DNA of 64,000 nt, from the NCBI GenBank assembly GCA_030295235.1, contig AP026162.1, positions 806,001 to 870,000 on the forward strand. The letters are read 5' to 3'. Source of the DNA: Fistulifera solaris (Eukaryota). The notes beneath the pieces were generated by a model that was not told the origin of the DNA, did no database searches, and worked only from the letters and a program-made list of their open reading frames with translations. Each line of letters begins with the position of its first letter. Positions within the stretch are counted from its first letter, which is position 1. A program made the translations under genes and the position numbers. This document shows, piece by piece, positions 35,001 through 48,030 of the stretch.

Positions 35001-37362
35001 TCCACACGGACAGATACAGCGATGCCCGTCTCTTGAATTTGAACGTACTCGCCATGACGATAATAACACCATTAGTCGAGAAAATGAGGAAGGCGAAGAT
35101 GATAATTTCCAGAATCTGCGAGCGATGATGAAATCTAGAGACGCCCTTTCTTTGCGGGTTACCGTGTCGCCTGAGATCGTTCCTCAAGCAGAACCGGTTG
35201 TTTCTAGTGCCGAATTAAGTGCGAATCGGCATGGTCCAAAGCACCGTCCGATGTCTGGAATCGGAGTGTTTTCTGGGCAGAGGCGAACGATGGCTAGTCA
35301 GGGCAGCGGTGCACCTGGAGGGATAGGAGGTGCCCTCGCACAATATCGAGCGTCATCTGTTTCGAGGACAGAGGCTGAGAAGGAGTCGGCTTACCTTGGA
35401 CAAGGGGCAAGTAGTGGATCTCTCTTTTCTTCGACTCGAATTCCAAGGCATTTTGGAGAGAGCGCTCCGGTGGGGCTATCTCCGCTATTACTACCACCGG
35501 CACCAATTTCGGGGCGAAGGGACGTCACAGCAGAAGCTAGTGGGTCTAGGTTCGCGGTCTTTAATACAGAAGGATCTAACATTGCAGTATCGTCCACCTA
35601 CGGACCAATCGTTGGTAGTCTCACTGCTATCGAGTCTAGACTGAATAATGGAAACACCGGAAAAGGTTCTGGATCTGGGTCTGGTTCTAGTGGTTTCAAT
35701 GGTCTTCCCTCGAGTCCACCTACTGGTTCACGAATGATAGTCGGAAACAACCGATTCGCTTCTTCATCTCAACGACCACAGTATCGCGACACCGGTTCAA
35801 AAGGTAAAAGCGCATACAATTCGAAGAGAAAGAAAGCGTTCAATCCGTTTCGTCAGCAGGACGAAGATGAGGTTCTAGCCAAGAACTCGCATAATCGTCG
35901 ACGTTGGAGCCATGTGTTTCCAGCAGGCGAGTTAGAGTTCCGACGGCGGACGGGACCTAATTGGAAAAGCCTGACCGCACCCGCGATTCTACCGACGTAT
36001 GTAGGATACTTTCCAACACAGAGTGAAGTTGATCATGCCTTCACATTCAGTATCCATAACATTACTTTGAAAGAGTTTGACAAGACTTTCTATACCTCCA
36101 ACAAAGATCTCCTCATGGAAATGGTTCGACAGCGACTCATTCAAGATTACCAGCTTGTACCTCCGTCACATGTAAACGCGAGTAATCTGAGGCGTGAAAC
36201 GCTTCGAGACGGACTCGCGAATAGAGGTTACCCACACTCTTCTATTTCTGATGAAAATTCTGAGACTATGCGTCAGTTCCTATCCATGGGCCATCGTTTA
36301 CAAGTGCTCACCTATGATAAGGGGACTGATATCATCGAGGTCACACGCTATGATTTAAAGACGGCACAGAGTTCTCAGTCAAACACCGTACAATACCAAT
36401 ACCTCTGTTTTTGCACTGAAACCAAGCAGTATAACAAAGTCACTCAAACATTCAATAAATACAACAGGCCTTACATATGGAACAAAGTTGACCGAATAAT
36501 TTGCGGCGATGACGACCGAGAAATGCGAGAAGGGATGCGATTCAGGAGGATTATGTTTGGACTGGTGCCTCCCAAAATTGACAGTGATGCCGCGGAGCAG
36601 GAGTATTTGGATAAATTGCACCGCCTACTCGAATATCTAAACAAACTTAAAGAAAAGGACGATTCTCAAACGACAGACTTGAATGTGAAAATTGTGAAAA
36701 AAGCGGATAAAATAGACACAGAAACCGATCAAGTTTCTTCTACTCCGGGTATCGCTCGCAATTCGATGGAGCGCTTCTACGTGGACCTGCGGAAAAATAA
36801 ACGAGACGCTTTAGAGTGGATGGAAGTCGTCATTGACTCTACGCTTGACACTTCCTGGTCATACAGAATAATGTTACATTGGCTTGTAGCGAGTTCGGGG
36901 AAGGTAGACAACCAAATTCAATTACTGCAACGTAGATGTACGCAATACGGGTTGGACTTGAAACCTTTCCCGCAGATTACTGTTTCCAGGAATGTGTTCT
37001 TAAATCCCTTTCGCGCCCCTGAGATTTTCTTGGTGAAAGACAAGGAGAGAGCTGGCGATATTGATAGGAAATTAATGGACATGGACTTTATCCACGACGG
37101 CGTATTTTACACGGATGCAAAATCTATTCTCAAATGCACCAAATTTGACGAATTCGATCTGGGGAATCGTCGAACATCGGTCTTGGGGCGCCAGTTTGTT
37201 CATAGGTCAGGTACTCTTTTCGTTCGGTTGCTGTCCGACCAGCACGGACACACGATGGTTGTTGCCACCGGTAACTACTCGTACATAGCAAAAGACAGGC
37301 AACGGCAGACTGCTGCCCAAGAAGCGTTCAATAATTTGGCTAAACTGATGAACAAATATTAA
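32032..37362 (+). CDS. DEPDC5: GATOR1 subunit DEPDC5/Iml1; apparent frameshifts near 32537, 33785, 34222 and 34810
   Basis: KDQFISRGDM, FRSRSARIMWLVQMSSEMWDY, GNVLEAINVTLN...Y.DRDL.RTG.SIVVIS.G.G, PPLH..P.F, NPF...NRRRWSHVFP, WKSLT.PAILP and HWLVAS...V motifs. Confidence 0.93.
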
Positions 37363-37419
37363 AAACAAAGCTTTTTCTCAATTAAGATGTCTACATGATA
37401 GGAGTAAAACTGTAGACCG

Positions 37420-40400
37420 TTAGTCGTGACCCGAGCAGATTTTATGATATAGATCTTCTCTTGTGGCAGAGTTTTCATCTCGCATCCTTTTGAAATCGTC
37501 GGCAATTCGCCGCCTCGCGACTGATAACGCAGCTTCTACCTCCGCTTTCCCTGATCGTCGCGTTGATTCCAAGAGGTCCAGAGTCAACTCCATCATCTCC
37601 AACCTTTCACGTTCAAGTAATTGGCATCGGCCGTAGAGCTGTTCGACGAAAATAGACAACTTTGAATCGTCGGTAGACATTGTCTGGCGAGACACATCGT
37701 GAGTCTTTTGGATGAAGACTGATTCATTTCCTCTCGGGTGATTTATCTCAAGGTGTGGAATTGATGTATTGTCCGATTTGTCTTGTTTATCAATCATTCC
37801 TGCCAGGTTCTCCATAATTTCTAAGACGTTGACCTCGTGCTCATTATCATTGTTTCCTTGGACGAAATCACTAAGACCTTGCGCCAGCGCCAGAGCTTCG
37901 TCGAGGAGAGTTGAATCTCCCGAGAACGATGCCGCGCGCCCGAAGCCTACATGTTCAGAAGCCAGAGAATCCTCCTCGTTTGAATGTTGGGGTTGACATA
38001 TCAATGCATAGTTCGCTTTCGCTTCCGCTTCCTGGAGAAGTACTTCCAGTTTCGCATTTTCGGCCTGTAAATGCATCAGTTCTTCAGTGTATGCAGTTGC
38101 TTGCTCGTTCATAATTGCTATGTCTGCCTCGCTTTTTGCCGTTTCATTCTTTCCTCTTTTAATTCTTCTTTAACTTTTCCAAATCTCTCTTTGGTTGTTG
38201 TAGCTCTTCGCTCTGATTCTCGATGACCTTTGCGAGGCTGTCTCGAAGAATGGCCATTTCAGACAACATATTGTGCTGGAACTCGACAGAAGCTTTATCG
38301 TCTTGATTACTGCCAGCTCCTGTGAAATGATTCTCTGCTAATTTCCGGAACTCGAACAACGATTCGGTTTGAAGCGCCGCTTCACCTGCGACGTCATCAA
38401 GGTTGTTCTGAATTTGCTCCAGGTTCGCTCGTAAAAGGTCAAAACTAGATTCTTCCAAGATCTGGTCAGTCTTTCGCGTTGCCTCCATGATATTTCTGAT
38501 TGAGATGACATCCTGTCGAAGTTCCTCTAAAGCGTTTCCGAGCCTTACACTACTGCCTTTCTCGCCTAATCTAAGCTTGTCGTTTTCTGCAGAAAGCATT
38601 TCAACTCTAAGCTCAAGACCTTCTTTGATCAAGCTATGGCGGGACGTCAATGATTGAATACAGTTTTCGAGGGCTGATAGGACTTCAGTGGGAGACATCG
38701 ATTTAGTCTTAAGATGCCACCCTTCGACCGCTTCCATGTCCGACGATAATACGGTCACTAGCGTTTCCATTTTCTGCTTCAGGTTGTCGATCAACACAGT
38801 TAAATCCTGGTTTTGTTCCACAAGCTTCAGATTCTCCATCTTTGCAGCAGCCACCTGTTGCTCGATTTCTTGTTTTTCTTCATTTGCCTTGCACAATTCT
38901 TCTTCTACAGCTTGTAAGTGGGCAGTCTGTTCCTGGGTAGTTTTTAAGTGTTCTTCATTGACCTCTTTCAACTTGTCTTCGAATTGTTTTGCATCTCTCC
39001 GTGCCACATCAAGTTTCTCCGCTAGATCGATCGAATCCTGCTCTACTTTTTCTCGAAGTTGTTCCGCATCTTCGAGTTTCGACTTTAATTTGTTGATTTC
39101 CTCTTCTTTTCCCTGCATAGCTAAGCAGTGCTCCGACGATAAATTTTCTTGCGACTGTTTTCGAGTAAGCTCTTCCTCGTTTACTTCATTCCTGATCTTT
39201 TGCTGCCGTTTCAACTCGACAACCAGCGCTCCATTTTGCGATTCAAGTATTTCAAGCTCGCTAGTTAGTCGATGAATATCTCGAGCGTGACTCTCGCGCA
39301 ACATTGCCAGTTGACATTCGGTGCCTTCTCTGGCTTTTTTCGAGCTCTTCATGAAGCTTCATAACGTGCTCTGTTATGCCACTAGGCTGGGCATCATGAA
39401 TGGTCTTACTGGAGAGAAGGAGTCGCGTGTGGGACAGCTCATCACGCAATAACTCGGTTTCTTCTGACCGACGTCTTCGCTCTTCAGCAATCTCTTTTTT
39501 CAATTGCTGCACAGTCAACGCGGCCCTTCGAGACTCTGAAAGCGCGCCTTCAAGTTGGAGCTTCCATGTACCCTTCTCTTCACCACGTTGCTGCTCCATT
39601 CTTCTCAAGCGCAAAATAAGTTCATTCTTCTTTTCAAGGGCCTCTCTATAATTTTCTGCGAGTTCATCGTCCGAAGACTGCATTTCACTCAACTCGGCTG
39701 CATGAATTTTTTGAAGCTCCTCAATTTGGTTTCGAGTTTCCTCTTCCCACTCTTTAACCGTGTTTTCCTGTTTTTCAGCCCACTGCTGTCTCTCGGCTTC
39801 CCATCCGTTTCGAATTTCTACACATTCTTTCTCTTTAGCCTCAATCTTTTCCTCCCATGTTCTTCGCTCCGCTTCAAGTCGATCGGCAGCATCTCTACGT
39901 TCAGCCTTCAGCGCTTCTTCAGAGTGTTCTTCCCATTTCTTCCTCTCGACTTCGAGATTCTTCGCAGCCTGACTAGCTTCTTGTTTGTATAAGTCCCTTT
40001 CAACCATCGCGCGGTCGAGTCTATCATCCCAATCTGTTCGTCGAGGAGGAGAGAGTGTTCTAAGACGACCTACCTTTACTACAGCCCCCCGGCTACTCTG
40101 TGTCTCCATTAGATTTTTCTGAAGCTGCTTGACCTGTCGGCTCATCACTGCTTTTTTCTTCCTGTATCTTCGCCAAAGTCTCTTCCAGGCTCGACTTTTC
40201 ATCCTGGAGAGATATATTTTCCTTTGTGATCTCGTTTAGATCGAGTTTTAACCTTTCATGGGCTTCAAAAGCGAGTTGAGTTTGTTTTTCAATGGTGCTT
40301 TCATATTCGCTAGCCCGTCGCTCCCACTCTTGCCTCTCATGCTGAAATTGAGTTTCAGTTAAGGTGAGCAAGTCCTTCAACACATTATTCTGCTCTTTCC

Positions 40401-41299
40401 ACTTCTTCTTATGTTGTTTCTGTTCATCCGCTAGCTGCTTTTTTAAGTCAGACAAAAGCTGTTCCTGGTAGGATGAAAGTTGCTCGCCCGCCTGGGTGAC
40501 GGCGGCTGCTTCCTCCAGCGCTTTGACCCAAACGGCACGATCAGACTCATATTGCCTCAGTGTGTCATTCAACGTCTTTTCCAACAGTTGAACCCTGCGG
40601 ACTGATTCGGGTGATAATATCGTCGACCTGGAGCTTTTCTCGTCACCTGGAGGAGAACTGTTCTGTTTTCCTTTTCCGCCGCGTTGACTGTTACTCGAGG
40701 TGCTCGCCGTCCCAGTAGATTCTCCACTTGATGATTCAAGCAAACTCTTCCCCCTCACCATGAGCAAAGTCTTTGCCGACCGCGCAGTGAGTCTCTCCCA
40801 CTTTCTGGAGCTGGTTTTCGAGCCATGTCAGTTTTTCCTTGTACGCGTTGGTGAGTTTATTTTTGTACGACGACTTGCTCTTTCTCTCTTTTTGCAACTG
40901 TTTATCCCAATCAGACTTGTCATCTGAGTGCTTCTTTTCTAAGCTTTTGAACATATTCAACAGCCAAGCAGTGTCTTTGTTTTCGTCTTGTCCATCATTC
41001 GCAAACTCATCTTTGACGGCTTGGTCCAAATGGTCCGAGATGTTATCAATTCGTGCTTCCTCGAGAGTACCATGTAAAAGCCTGACCGAGTCTCCCAGAC
41101 AATCTCTCGAATCAAGTGAAGCAATCACTTTCTTGAGCGGAGAAAGCTTGACTTTTGAATCATTTGCTGCTGATTTGCGAGTATCACTACCTTTGCCAGG
41201 AGGATCGGGTGACTGCTGCGTCAAGCCGAAGAGCTTGTTCGGCGAGAAAGTAGACAATGGACTCGAAGAGAGCCTAGACTTTGTCGGTGTTTTCATCAT
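37420..41299 (-). CDS. Large coiled-coil protein (~1290 aa), split by apparent frameshifts near 40750, 40155, 39335 and 38160
   Basis: Five successive minus-strand frames of E/K/Q/L-rich heptad sequence; frame changes coincide with G or A runs. Confidence 0.7.
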
Positions 41300-41764
41300 T
41301 GTCGTGAGCTCAGTTCTGTTCTCCAAACAACAAGTAGATGCTATTGTGTGCGACAACAGATCGTCGCATCATCGAGAAAAGATTTTGGAGAAGGTTTCAA
41401 CAAAACGAGGTGCGCGCTGAACGTCTCATTTATTTTGAAAACATGCTCGCGCAACATTCATTTAAGTACCGAACGTCATATATGATTTACTTAAACAATG
41501 ATCGCGCAAACGAGACTGACTGGGGAAATGAGTCTATGTAAATTCCACCCTACACTGGTAATATAAGTCAATGTGTAGATTACTTTTTTTCTCACGCGCG
41601 CCGCGCTTCTGTCCTTCGTCAGGGAATGGGTTATGAGCCAACACATCATTCAAGTTCCACCTTGCACCCGCCTGCCCTCGTTGCACGATGATCGGATGAC
41701 AATGATGTTGATCGACTTCAAGCAATCGCAGTTTGTCTTCTATAAGATACAGAATCGGATCAAA

Positions 41765-42805
41765 ATGAAGCTTTCTATTCGAACGCCGTTTGCATTAACT
41801 GTCTTAATTACTCTTTTCTTTTCGCTGACGGAGGCGCGTCAGAAAGTCAAGAAAGATCCGGTGGTGTTGACGGATGACTTGCTCTTCATGTGCGACAAAC
41901 GCAATCCGATCTCCTCTGCCCGTCAGAAAACCGAACTCAAGTGGCTCGTAGAGGCCACTGGTAAACAATCGCTGCTTTTGAGCTCGAGTGCTCAACATCA
42001 AGCGGCGTGCTGGATTTTATACAAAGATCGGCGGCAGTCCAAGGGCAGATCCAGAAGTCTTTATCTGCAACGCTACGCATTGTCGGTTTTGCATTTCGCC
42101 TCGACCAAGTCAAACTCAACATCATGGGACTGGTTCATGGCTGTCGACGAACCTGGTGCGGAAGCTGCCAAAGGGCATTGGATGAGTCACAAACATCACG
42201 AATGCAACTGGTACGGTGTGAAGTGTACTGCGATTAGAAAGAAAATTAAAAAGCTAGCTTTGGGCTATTTGAAGCTGGACGGGATTTTGCCGCGTGAATT
42301 GTACTTGCTTGATCAATTGAAGGAGCTAGATATGCATGCGAACGATTTTCAGGGCGTGTTGCCGTACAAAATCGTGGATGGTCTACGAAACTTGGAGATT
42401 TTAGAGTTGCACATGAATGGCTTTTTTGGTAACTTGCACAAGGAAATTGCGGGATTGCGAAAGCTTAGGGAATTACGACTTTTCGGAAACTACTTTGCCG
42501 GTACTCTGCCAGGCAAAGAGTTGGCGAGCTTGAAAGATCTCGAGGTCATAGACATGTACGCCAACTTCTTAACGGGTACGATCCCAGCAGAGCTGGGAAA
42601 GCTGAAGAAGCTGCGTGTCCTTGATTTACACGATAACAACCTGGTGGGTAGTGTTCCACAGGCAATTTGTAATCTTAAACTGGAAAGCCTGATTGTGGAT
42701 TGCTTAGGACCGAACCCGGAAGTCCAATGCAGCTGTTGTACGGTATGCTGCCGAGGATTGCCAAACGCCAAATGTGTTGACGTTAAAACGGGTGCAGAAG
42801 TATAA
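41765..42805 (+). CDS. Secreted leucine-rich-repeat protein, diatom type
   Basis: Signal peptide MKLSIRTPFALTVLITLFFSLTEA; S.QHQAACWI, LQRYAL..L.F and EC.WYGV.C cap; plant-type LRRs (N.L.G.IP.ELG.L..L); terminal V.CSCCT.C. Confidence 0.88.
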   Translation: MKLSIRTPFALTVLITLFFSLTEARQKVKKDPVVLTDDLLFMCDKRNPISSARQKTELKWLVEATGKQSLLLSSSAQHQAACWILYKDRRQSKGRSRSLYLQRYALSVLHFASTKSNSTSWDWFMAVDEPGAEAAKGHWMSHKHHECNWYGVKCTAIRKKIKKLALGYLKLDGILPRELYLLDQLKELDMHANDFQGVLPYKIVDGLRNLEILELHMNGFFGNLHKEIAGLRKLRELRLFGNYFAGTLPGKELASLKDLEVIDMYANFLTGTIPAELGKLKKLRVLDLHDNNLVGSVPQAICNLKLESLIVDCLGPNPEVQCSCCTVCCRGLPNAKCVDVKTGAEV

Positions 42806-42889
42806 CATTTTTCTTTGGAATACTTTAACTGAGCTTTATTATTATTTTCGATGGCGGATGGTCATCATACACTTCTTTATGTGCGTAGG

Positions 42890-44040
42890 CTACTTCCGTA
42901 TCGTTCATTGCCGACGATACGTAAATAAAAACGGTAATGCGTTTTCATGAAGATAATGGTTAGTTCATATATTGGTATATCCATAGCATTTGATTATACA
43001 CTTCGCCCTTTTGTTTGAGGACCACTTTGGTAGCGTTTCAATACCTGTTCAATACTGTTTCCTTTTCTTGATCGTGACTGAATTTTAGTCGCGATCGCGT
43101 AGAACCCACACTTTATCATTATAGTGAAAATGGGAGTCGACGATACGGATGCTTTTCGACGCAAATAGCTGCGTCTTGAATGAAGATGATAATCAGTTCA
43201 TATTTCATATAATGGTAATTGAATGGTATTTGATTATGCACTTCGCGCTTTTGTTTGTGAACAACTTGGGTGCTCTCATTGCTTCGGTGGCGTTTCAAGT
43301 GAATGAAATTTAGTCGCGATCGCGTAGAACCCACACTTTATCATTATAGTGAAAATGGCAGTAGACGATACGGATGCTTTTCGACGCAAATAGCTGCGTT
43401 TCGAATGAAGATGATAGTTAGTTTATATTTCATATACTTGTAATGGTATTTGAATGGGATTTGATTATACACTTCGCGCTTTTGTTTGTGAACAACTTTG
43501 GTGCTCTCATTGCTTCGGTGGCGTTTCAAGTGACTGAAATTTAGTCGCGATCGCGTAGAACCCACACTTTACCATTATAGTGAAAATGGCAGTCGACGAT
43601 ACGGATGCTTTTCGACGCAAATAGCTGCGTTTCGAATGAAGATGATAGTTAGTTCATATTTCATATACTTGTAATGGTATTTGAATGGGATTTGATTATA
43701 CACTTCGCGCTTTTGTTTGCGGACAACGATGGTGCTTTGATTGCTTCGGTGGCGTTTCGAGTGACTGAAATTTAGTCGCGATCGCGCAGAACCTACACTT
43801 AACCATGATAGTGAAAAATGGCAGTCGACGATACGGATGCTTTTCGACGCAAATAGTTGCGTTTCGAATGAAGATGATAGCTAGAGGTAATATTGGCATC
43901 TACGCGGATGTGATTCACACATCGCGCTTTCAATTGTGGACCCCTGTCCTGCCGTTTCTATCATTTGCCTAATGTGATCGGGACTGAAATTTCAGTCGTG
44001 GTTTGCCTAAACCATCACTTTGAGACTATAGTGAAATCGT
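42890..44040. repeat. Tandem repeat, ~225-231-bp unit, 3 well-conserved copies plus degenerate flanking copies
   Basis: TTAGTCGCGATCGCG(T/C)AGAACC recurs at about 43085, 43310, 43541 and 43772; degenerate copies at ~42910-43080 and ~43880-44040. Confidence 0.93.
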
Positions 44041-44250
44041 TGAAAAGATATACCGGTAAGACTGCTTCGTGGTCCGTCCGGTACCAAAAGACACTACTGT
44101 ACTCCCTAATGTACAATGCAGCGCACAGCGCTCTTCCATTCATTCGTTCGTGAAGGAAAAGTCCATCGTCCGCGCTAAAAATCTTTCTTTATTGTGCAAC
44201 TCTTTCCCTTCGTTCCTTCTCTATTGTCAATATCGTAGAGCACGAGTAGA

Positions 44251-47145
44251 ATGAGCACAACGGCAAATGACGAAGAAGAGGAGCTCTCGCAATTGCTCGC
44301 GGCGCTCGCGACAGGAGTACGCGCGGTGACGCGTCTCCCGACGGACGAAGATGAGTTTCGGTTTTGCGCCTCGTTGCCCGAATTTCAAAGTGCACATCAA
44401 TCATCACAAACGGCTTTACTTGAATTGTTGAAAGAAATTATATCGCAGCAACCGAATCCGAATGACGCACTCAACGGAGACACTAGCGATGATATCATGT
44501 GGGATGATATCAACGATCCTTTGCTCTGGGAACATTGCGCGGATGTCTGCGATGCCATGCTGGAACGGATAGAGCAGCAATTAGACGCCGTTTCATCCGC
44601 AACAGCACCAACAACAGCTTTCGTTCAACAAGCACGACAGCAGGCGAGGAATGGGTTGGATCGAATGATTGCAAATACCATGGATATGTCCAAGCCACAA
44701 TTGAAGTTTGTGCTGTTTCCAGCACACAACCATCGAACGAAACCGTTTGTGCCCAAAATAACCAAGAAATGGAATGAAATTGCACCACTTGATTTGACAT
44801 TGCAGCCCATGTCTTTGGATGACGACAGCAACGTTGTGAAATCACACGTTGTTCAGCCGAGTCATTTTGTACCGCACGTTTATAGGGAAGAAGTCGAGCA
44901 ACTCAAATGCCCTCACTTTGATATTCCTGCCCAGCGACCTCCACGTATCCAACAGGTGGAGCCATCGTTGAAAGCGACATGGATTGATACGAAAGAAGCC
45001 CTGCAGTCCTTGGTGGAAACGAAACTCATGAATGTGGATCGAATCGCTTTAGACCTGGAAGCTCACTCTTATCGCTCCTTTGCTGGCATCGTCTGCCTCA
45101 TGCAAATGAGTTTCAAAGATAGCAGCGACAACTCCATTCATAACTTTCTCGTTGATACGTTAGCACTGCATGACGATTTGCACGACTTGTTGCTACCAGT
45201 TCTCACCGACCCCAATATTGTCAAGATCATGCACGGGGCAGATTCTGACATTATGTGGTTACAACGGGACTTTTCCTTGTTCATTGTGAATTTGATGGAT
45301 ACTGGTCAGGCAGCTCGAGCCCTGTCCCTTCCATCAGCTGGTTATGCTTACTTGCTACAGAAATATACCTCGATTAAGAACCCCGACAAGTCGTTTCAGT
45401 TGGCTGACTGGAGAATGCGGCCCTTATCAGAAGAAATGCAGCAATATGCAATTCAAGATACGCACTATCTGCTCGATATTTACGACTGCTTGTTGTACGA
45501 TCTAGACCATTCGACGAATACGTCTCTGGAAGAGGTGTGGCGAGCCAGTCAAAACATTTCGCTCTCGACATACAAAGGCGTCCCGTTCTCTCCACATGGA
45601 TACCAAAAATTGCTGCGACAACGTGGTCGCAACGTACAACAATACACTCCTGTTCAACAATTAGCGATACAACGATTGTGGGATTGGCGTGATGCTACAG
45701 CGCGCGCTTTGGATGAATCGGTCCCCTACATTATCACCAATTCTGTTTTGCTACGACTGGCGACCGCCTTACCCACCAGCACAGCAGCATTACAAACGCT
45801 GTTCAACCCGATGCCACCTATTTTGTGGCAGCACGCAACCGACGTGACTCAATTGTTGCAGCGACTTGTGCATCAACAGCAACGACTTCAAGAAAATGAC
45901 GACGACCAGGAAGAAGACGAACTGAATGTCAATGACACAGCTGGTGCTGATCAGGAAGACGAAGACGATGGTCAAGGCGATGACGACGAAGAAGAGGAGA
46001 TCGACGAAGATCAAAGAAATTTGCACCGTTCAGCGTTTTTCAAACCAGCTAGTGGCGACGCGCGAGATGGATTTGTTAGCCCTGTCCTTGGTACCGAGGC
46101 TCTTTACAAGCAAGCTGGATGGATGACTCCGAACGAGCAGCAGCCGGAGAACGCCTTAGCCACATCGACAAGTGCAACGGAAGATGAAACTTTAGACCGG
46201 GATGACGGTAAACCCAATCGGCTTTTGTCTGTGCACCCCTCCAATCAAGATTTTCAATCTGGCAGTTGCATGGAACATAGTATCGGCCGAGGACGGAGTG
46301 TGGACGGCATGCATACAGTCCGAGCCGTTCGAGCACATTCGACATCCCCAGTACCCAACGAGGCAATTACCAGCGACGACGATCAGCAACAGCAGCGCTT
46401 GCGGCAACGCCAAGCGTTACTGGGACAGAAACAGCCTATACCTGTTGTATTGGGAATGATTTCTCCGGCGGACGATAAAGATGAAGAAGGAGAAGTAGAT
46501 GTTGGAACAAAAGAGGAGCGCGGTGAATCAGATGATACGGACGAGGAACTTATGGTTCCGCGCTCGATGCGAGAAATTTATCGTATAAGCAACCGTAATC
46601 GTCGAAATAAAAAGACTGGATCTCTTACTCCCGATCGAGGCATGACACCCACCAGCGACAAGGAACGGAACGAGTTGGCAAAAGCAGAATTGTTGATAAA
46701 AGAACGCGGCGCGGCAGCACAGGCATACTTTGAGTCAAGTCCAAAGCGTCCACGCACACAATCAGGGCGAGAATCCGAAGAGTCTGTTCCGCAAGAAAGC
46801 AACAATGATGAGGATATATCTTTCATGCAGGAGATCGGATGGATAAAAGATCCAAAGGAAGCGGAAGAACTGCTGGAGACGCGCTTTGGGTTGCCGAAGC
46901 AGTCTTCAAGACAAACTCCCGTTGAGTATACTAATGCTGTGGGAGTAGTGCCTCCGCAGCCATCCAATAATCCATTTTTCGCTGGAGCTGCTCTGACGGG
47001 AGGGACGCTGACGCACAGTTTTTCAAGGTCTTCACGAAAAACCAATACAAGTAACGCCAGCAAACCAAAGCCGACGAATAGCCGCCGCCAGCAAGAGCGC
47101 CCAGAGAAGAAAGACGGAAAGAGTCATGCTTACCGAAAGAAATAA
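44251..47145 (+). CDS. RRP6: Exosome 3'-5' exonuclease Rrp6/EXOSC10
   Basis: IALDLEAHSYRSFAG.VCLMQ, KIMHGADSDIMWLQRDF, QLADWRMRPL and YAIQDTHYLL motifs; HRDC domain (WRD..AR..DES); acidic and basic tail. Confidence 0.96.
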   Translation: MSTTANDEEEELSQLLAALATGVRAVTRLPTDEDEFRFCASLPEFQSAHQSSQTALLELLKEIISQQPNPNDALNGDTSDDIMWDDINDPLLWEHCADVCDAMLERIEQQLDAVSSATAPTTAFVQQARQQARNGLDRMIANTMDMSKPQLKFVLFPAHNHRTKPFVPKITKKWNEIAPLDLTLQPMSLDDDSNVVKSHVVQPSHFVPHVYREEVEQLKCPHFDIPAQRPPRIQQVEPSLKATWIDTKEALQSLVETKLMNVDRIALDLEAHSYRSFAGIVCLMQMSFKDSSDNSIHNFLVDTLALHDDLHDLLLPVLTDPNIVKIMHGADSDIMWLQRDFSLFIVNLMDTGQAARALSLPSAGYAYLLQKYTSIKNPDKSFQLADWRMRPLSEEMQQYAIQDTHYLLDIYDCLLYDLDHSTNTSLEEVWRASQNISLSTYKGVPFSPHGYQKLLRQRGRNVQQYTPVQQLAIQRLWDWRDATARALDESVPYIITNSVLLRLATALPTSTAALQTLFNPMPPILWQHATDVTQLLQRLVHQQQRLQENDDDQEEDELNVNDTAGADQEDEDDGQGDDDEEEEIDEDQRNLHRSAFFKPASGDARDGFVSPVLGTEALYKQAGWMTPNEQQPENALATSTSATEDETLDRDDGKPNRLLSVHPSNQDFQSGSCMEHSIGRGRSVDGMHTVRAVRAHSTSPVPNEAITSDDDQQQQRLRQRQALLGQKQPIPVVLGMISPADDKDEEGEVDVGTKEERGESDDTDEELMVPRSMREIYRISNRNRRNKKTGSLTPDRGMTPTSDKERNELAKAELLIKERGAAAQAYFESSPKRPRTQSGRESEESVPQESNNDEDISFMQEIGWIKDPKEAEELLETRFGLPKQSSRQTPVEYTNAVGVVPPQPSNNPFFAGAALTGGTLTHSFSRSSRKTNTSNASKPKPTNSRRQQERPEKKDGKSHAYRKK

Positions 47146-47809
47146 GATCGCAGAGTACACTAGTGAAAGTATTGACTGTTGAAAATTCATGGTTTAATGG
47201 ACACTCCTGTACTAAGAATCTCACAATGTTTGCTTTTCGGCCATCTATTTTTCTAAGAAAGGGAGGAGCCGCACTAATAATAAGCATCACCTAATAGTCT
47301 AATCGTCTAATCAATACAGTACCACGTACCGGTACTCATTAGTATGTTCTACATAGACGAACTTTTTACTATAGTCAAAAGTTCCAACATCAACTCTTCC
47401 ATGACTACTTTTCAGTCACGAATACATTTTCTTTCGAGCGACAATGCTGCCTACAATTCGCTCGTTGAGCAAAAGTTCCTGAGCTCAATTTGTTGCTCTC
47501 GTAATGAAGAAGACTCAAGCATCATTTGCAATACATGTCATCATATTTTACGTCGAAGAGCATTGCGAAACGCTGACTTGTGGTATTTACTATGGTCCAA
47601 AGTGTTACTTACATTTGCCACGACTGCCCTTCAGTCATGAGTCATTAAGCGCACACCACACACCAAACACCCAGAAAGCACGTTAAAATTCTGCCTCTCA
47701 GTACAATTTTCTACGTAGAGCCTACGGCGAGGCAGAATTTTAACGTCGTTTCCCAGAGTTTTGGGTACCCGGTACGTGAAAACACTGTACACTTAGATGT
47801 TTTGATGAC

Positions 47810-48030
47810 GTGAAATTCATGGCCCACGTCTAGTCTAGATTTTCCGGGCACCTGATTGATGATGATTGATGATACACTCAACGATTCATTCGAAGCAAGA
47901 GATTGTTTACCTGGTATCAAATCCTTTGAACCGCATCAGCTTCTTTTATAATAAAATCAGGACAGCGTGCGTTCGCATCCTTTTAGCACGTCTTCGCCGG
48001 ATGATTCATGCATCGCCCGCCATTCTATCC
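47810..48030 (+). pseudogene. Degenerate duplicate of the RNase Z upstream region and first ~20 codons
   Basis: Aligns with 48220-48426: GATGATTGATGATACACTCAAC, TTCGAAGCAAGAGAT, TTTGAACCG, GACAGCGTGCGT.CGCAT, AGCACGTCTTCGCCGGAT, CATCGCCCGCCATTCT. The ATG position reads AGG. Confidence 0.8.

Noticed and set aside
32032..37362. Programmed ribosomal frameshifting or pseudogenisation of DEPDC5
   Set aside because: The breaks sit in homopolymer runs like those in many other genes in the window; sequencing error is simpler.
43119..43899. Repeated ORFs MGSTRSRLNF...
   Set aside because: Translations of the tandem repeat unit with non-ATG starts and inconsistent frames.
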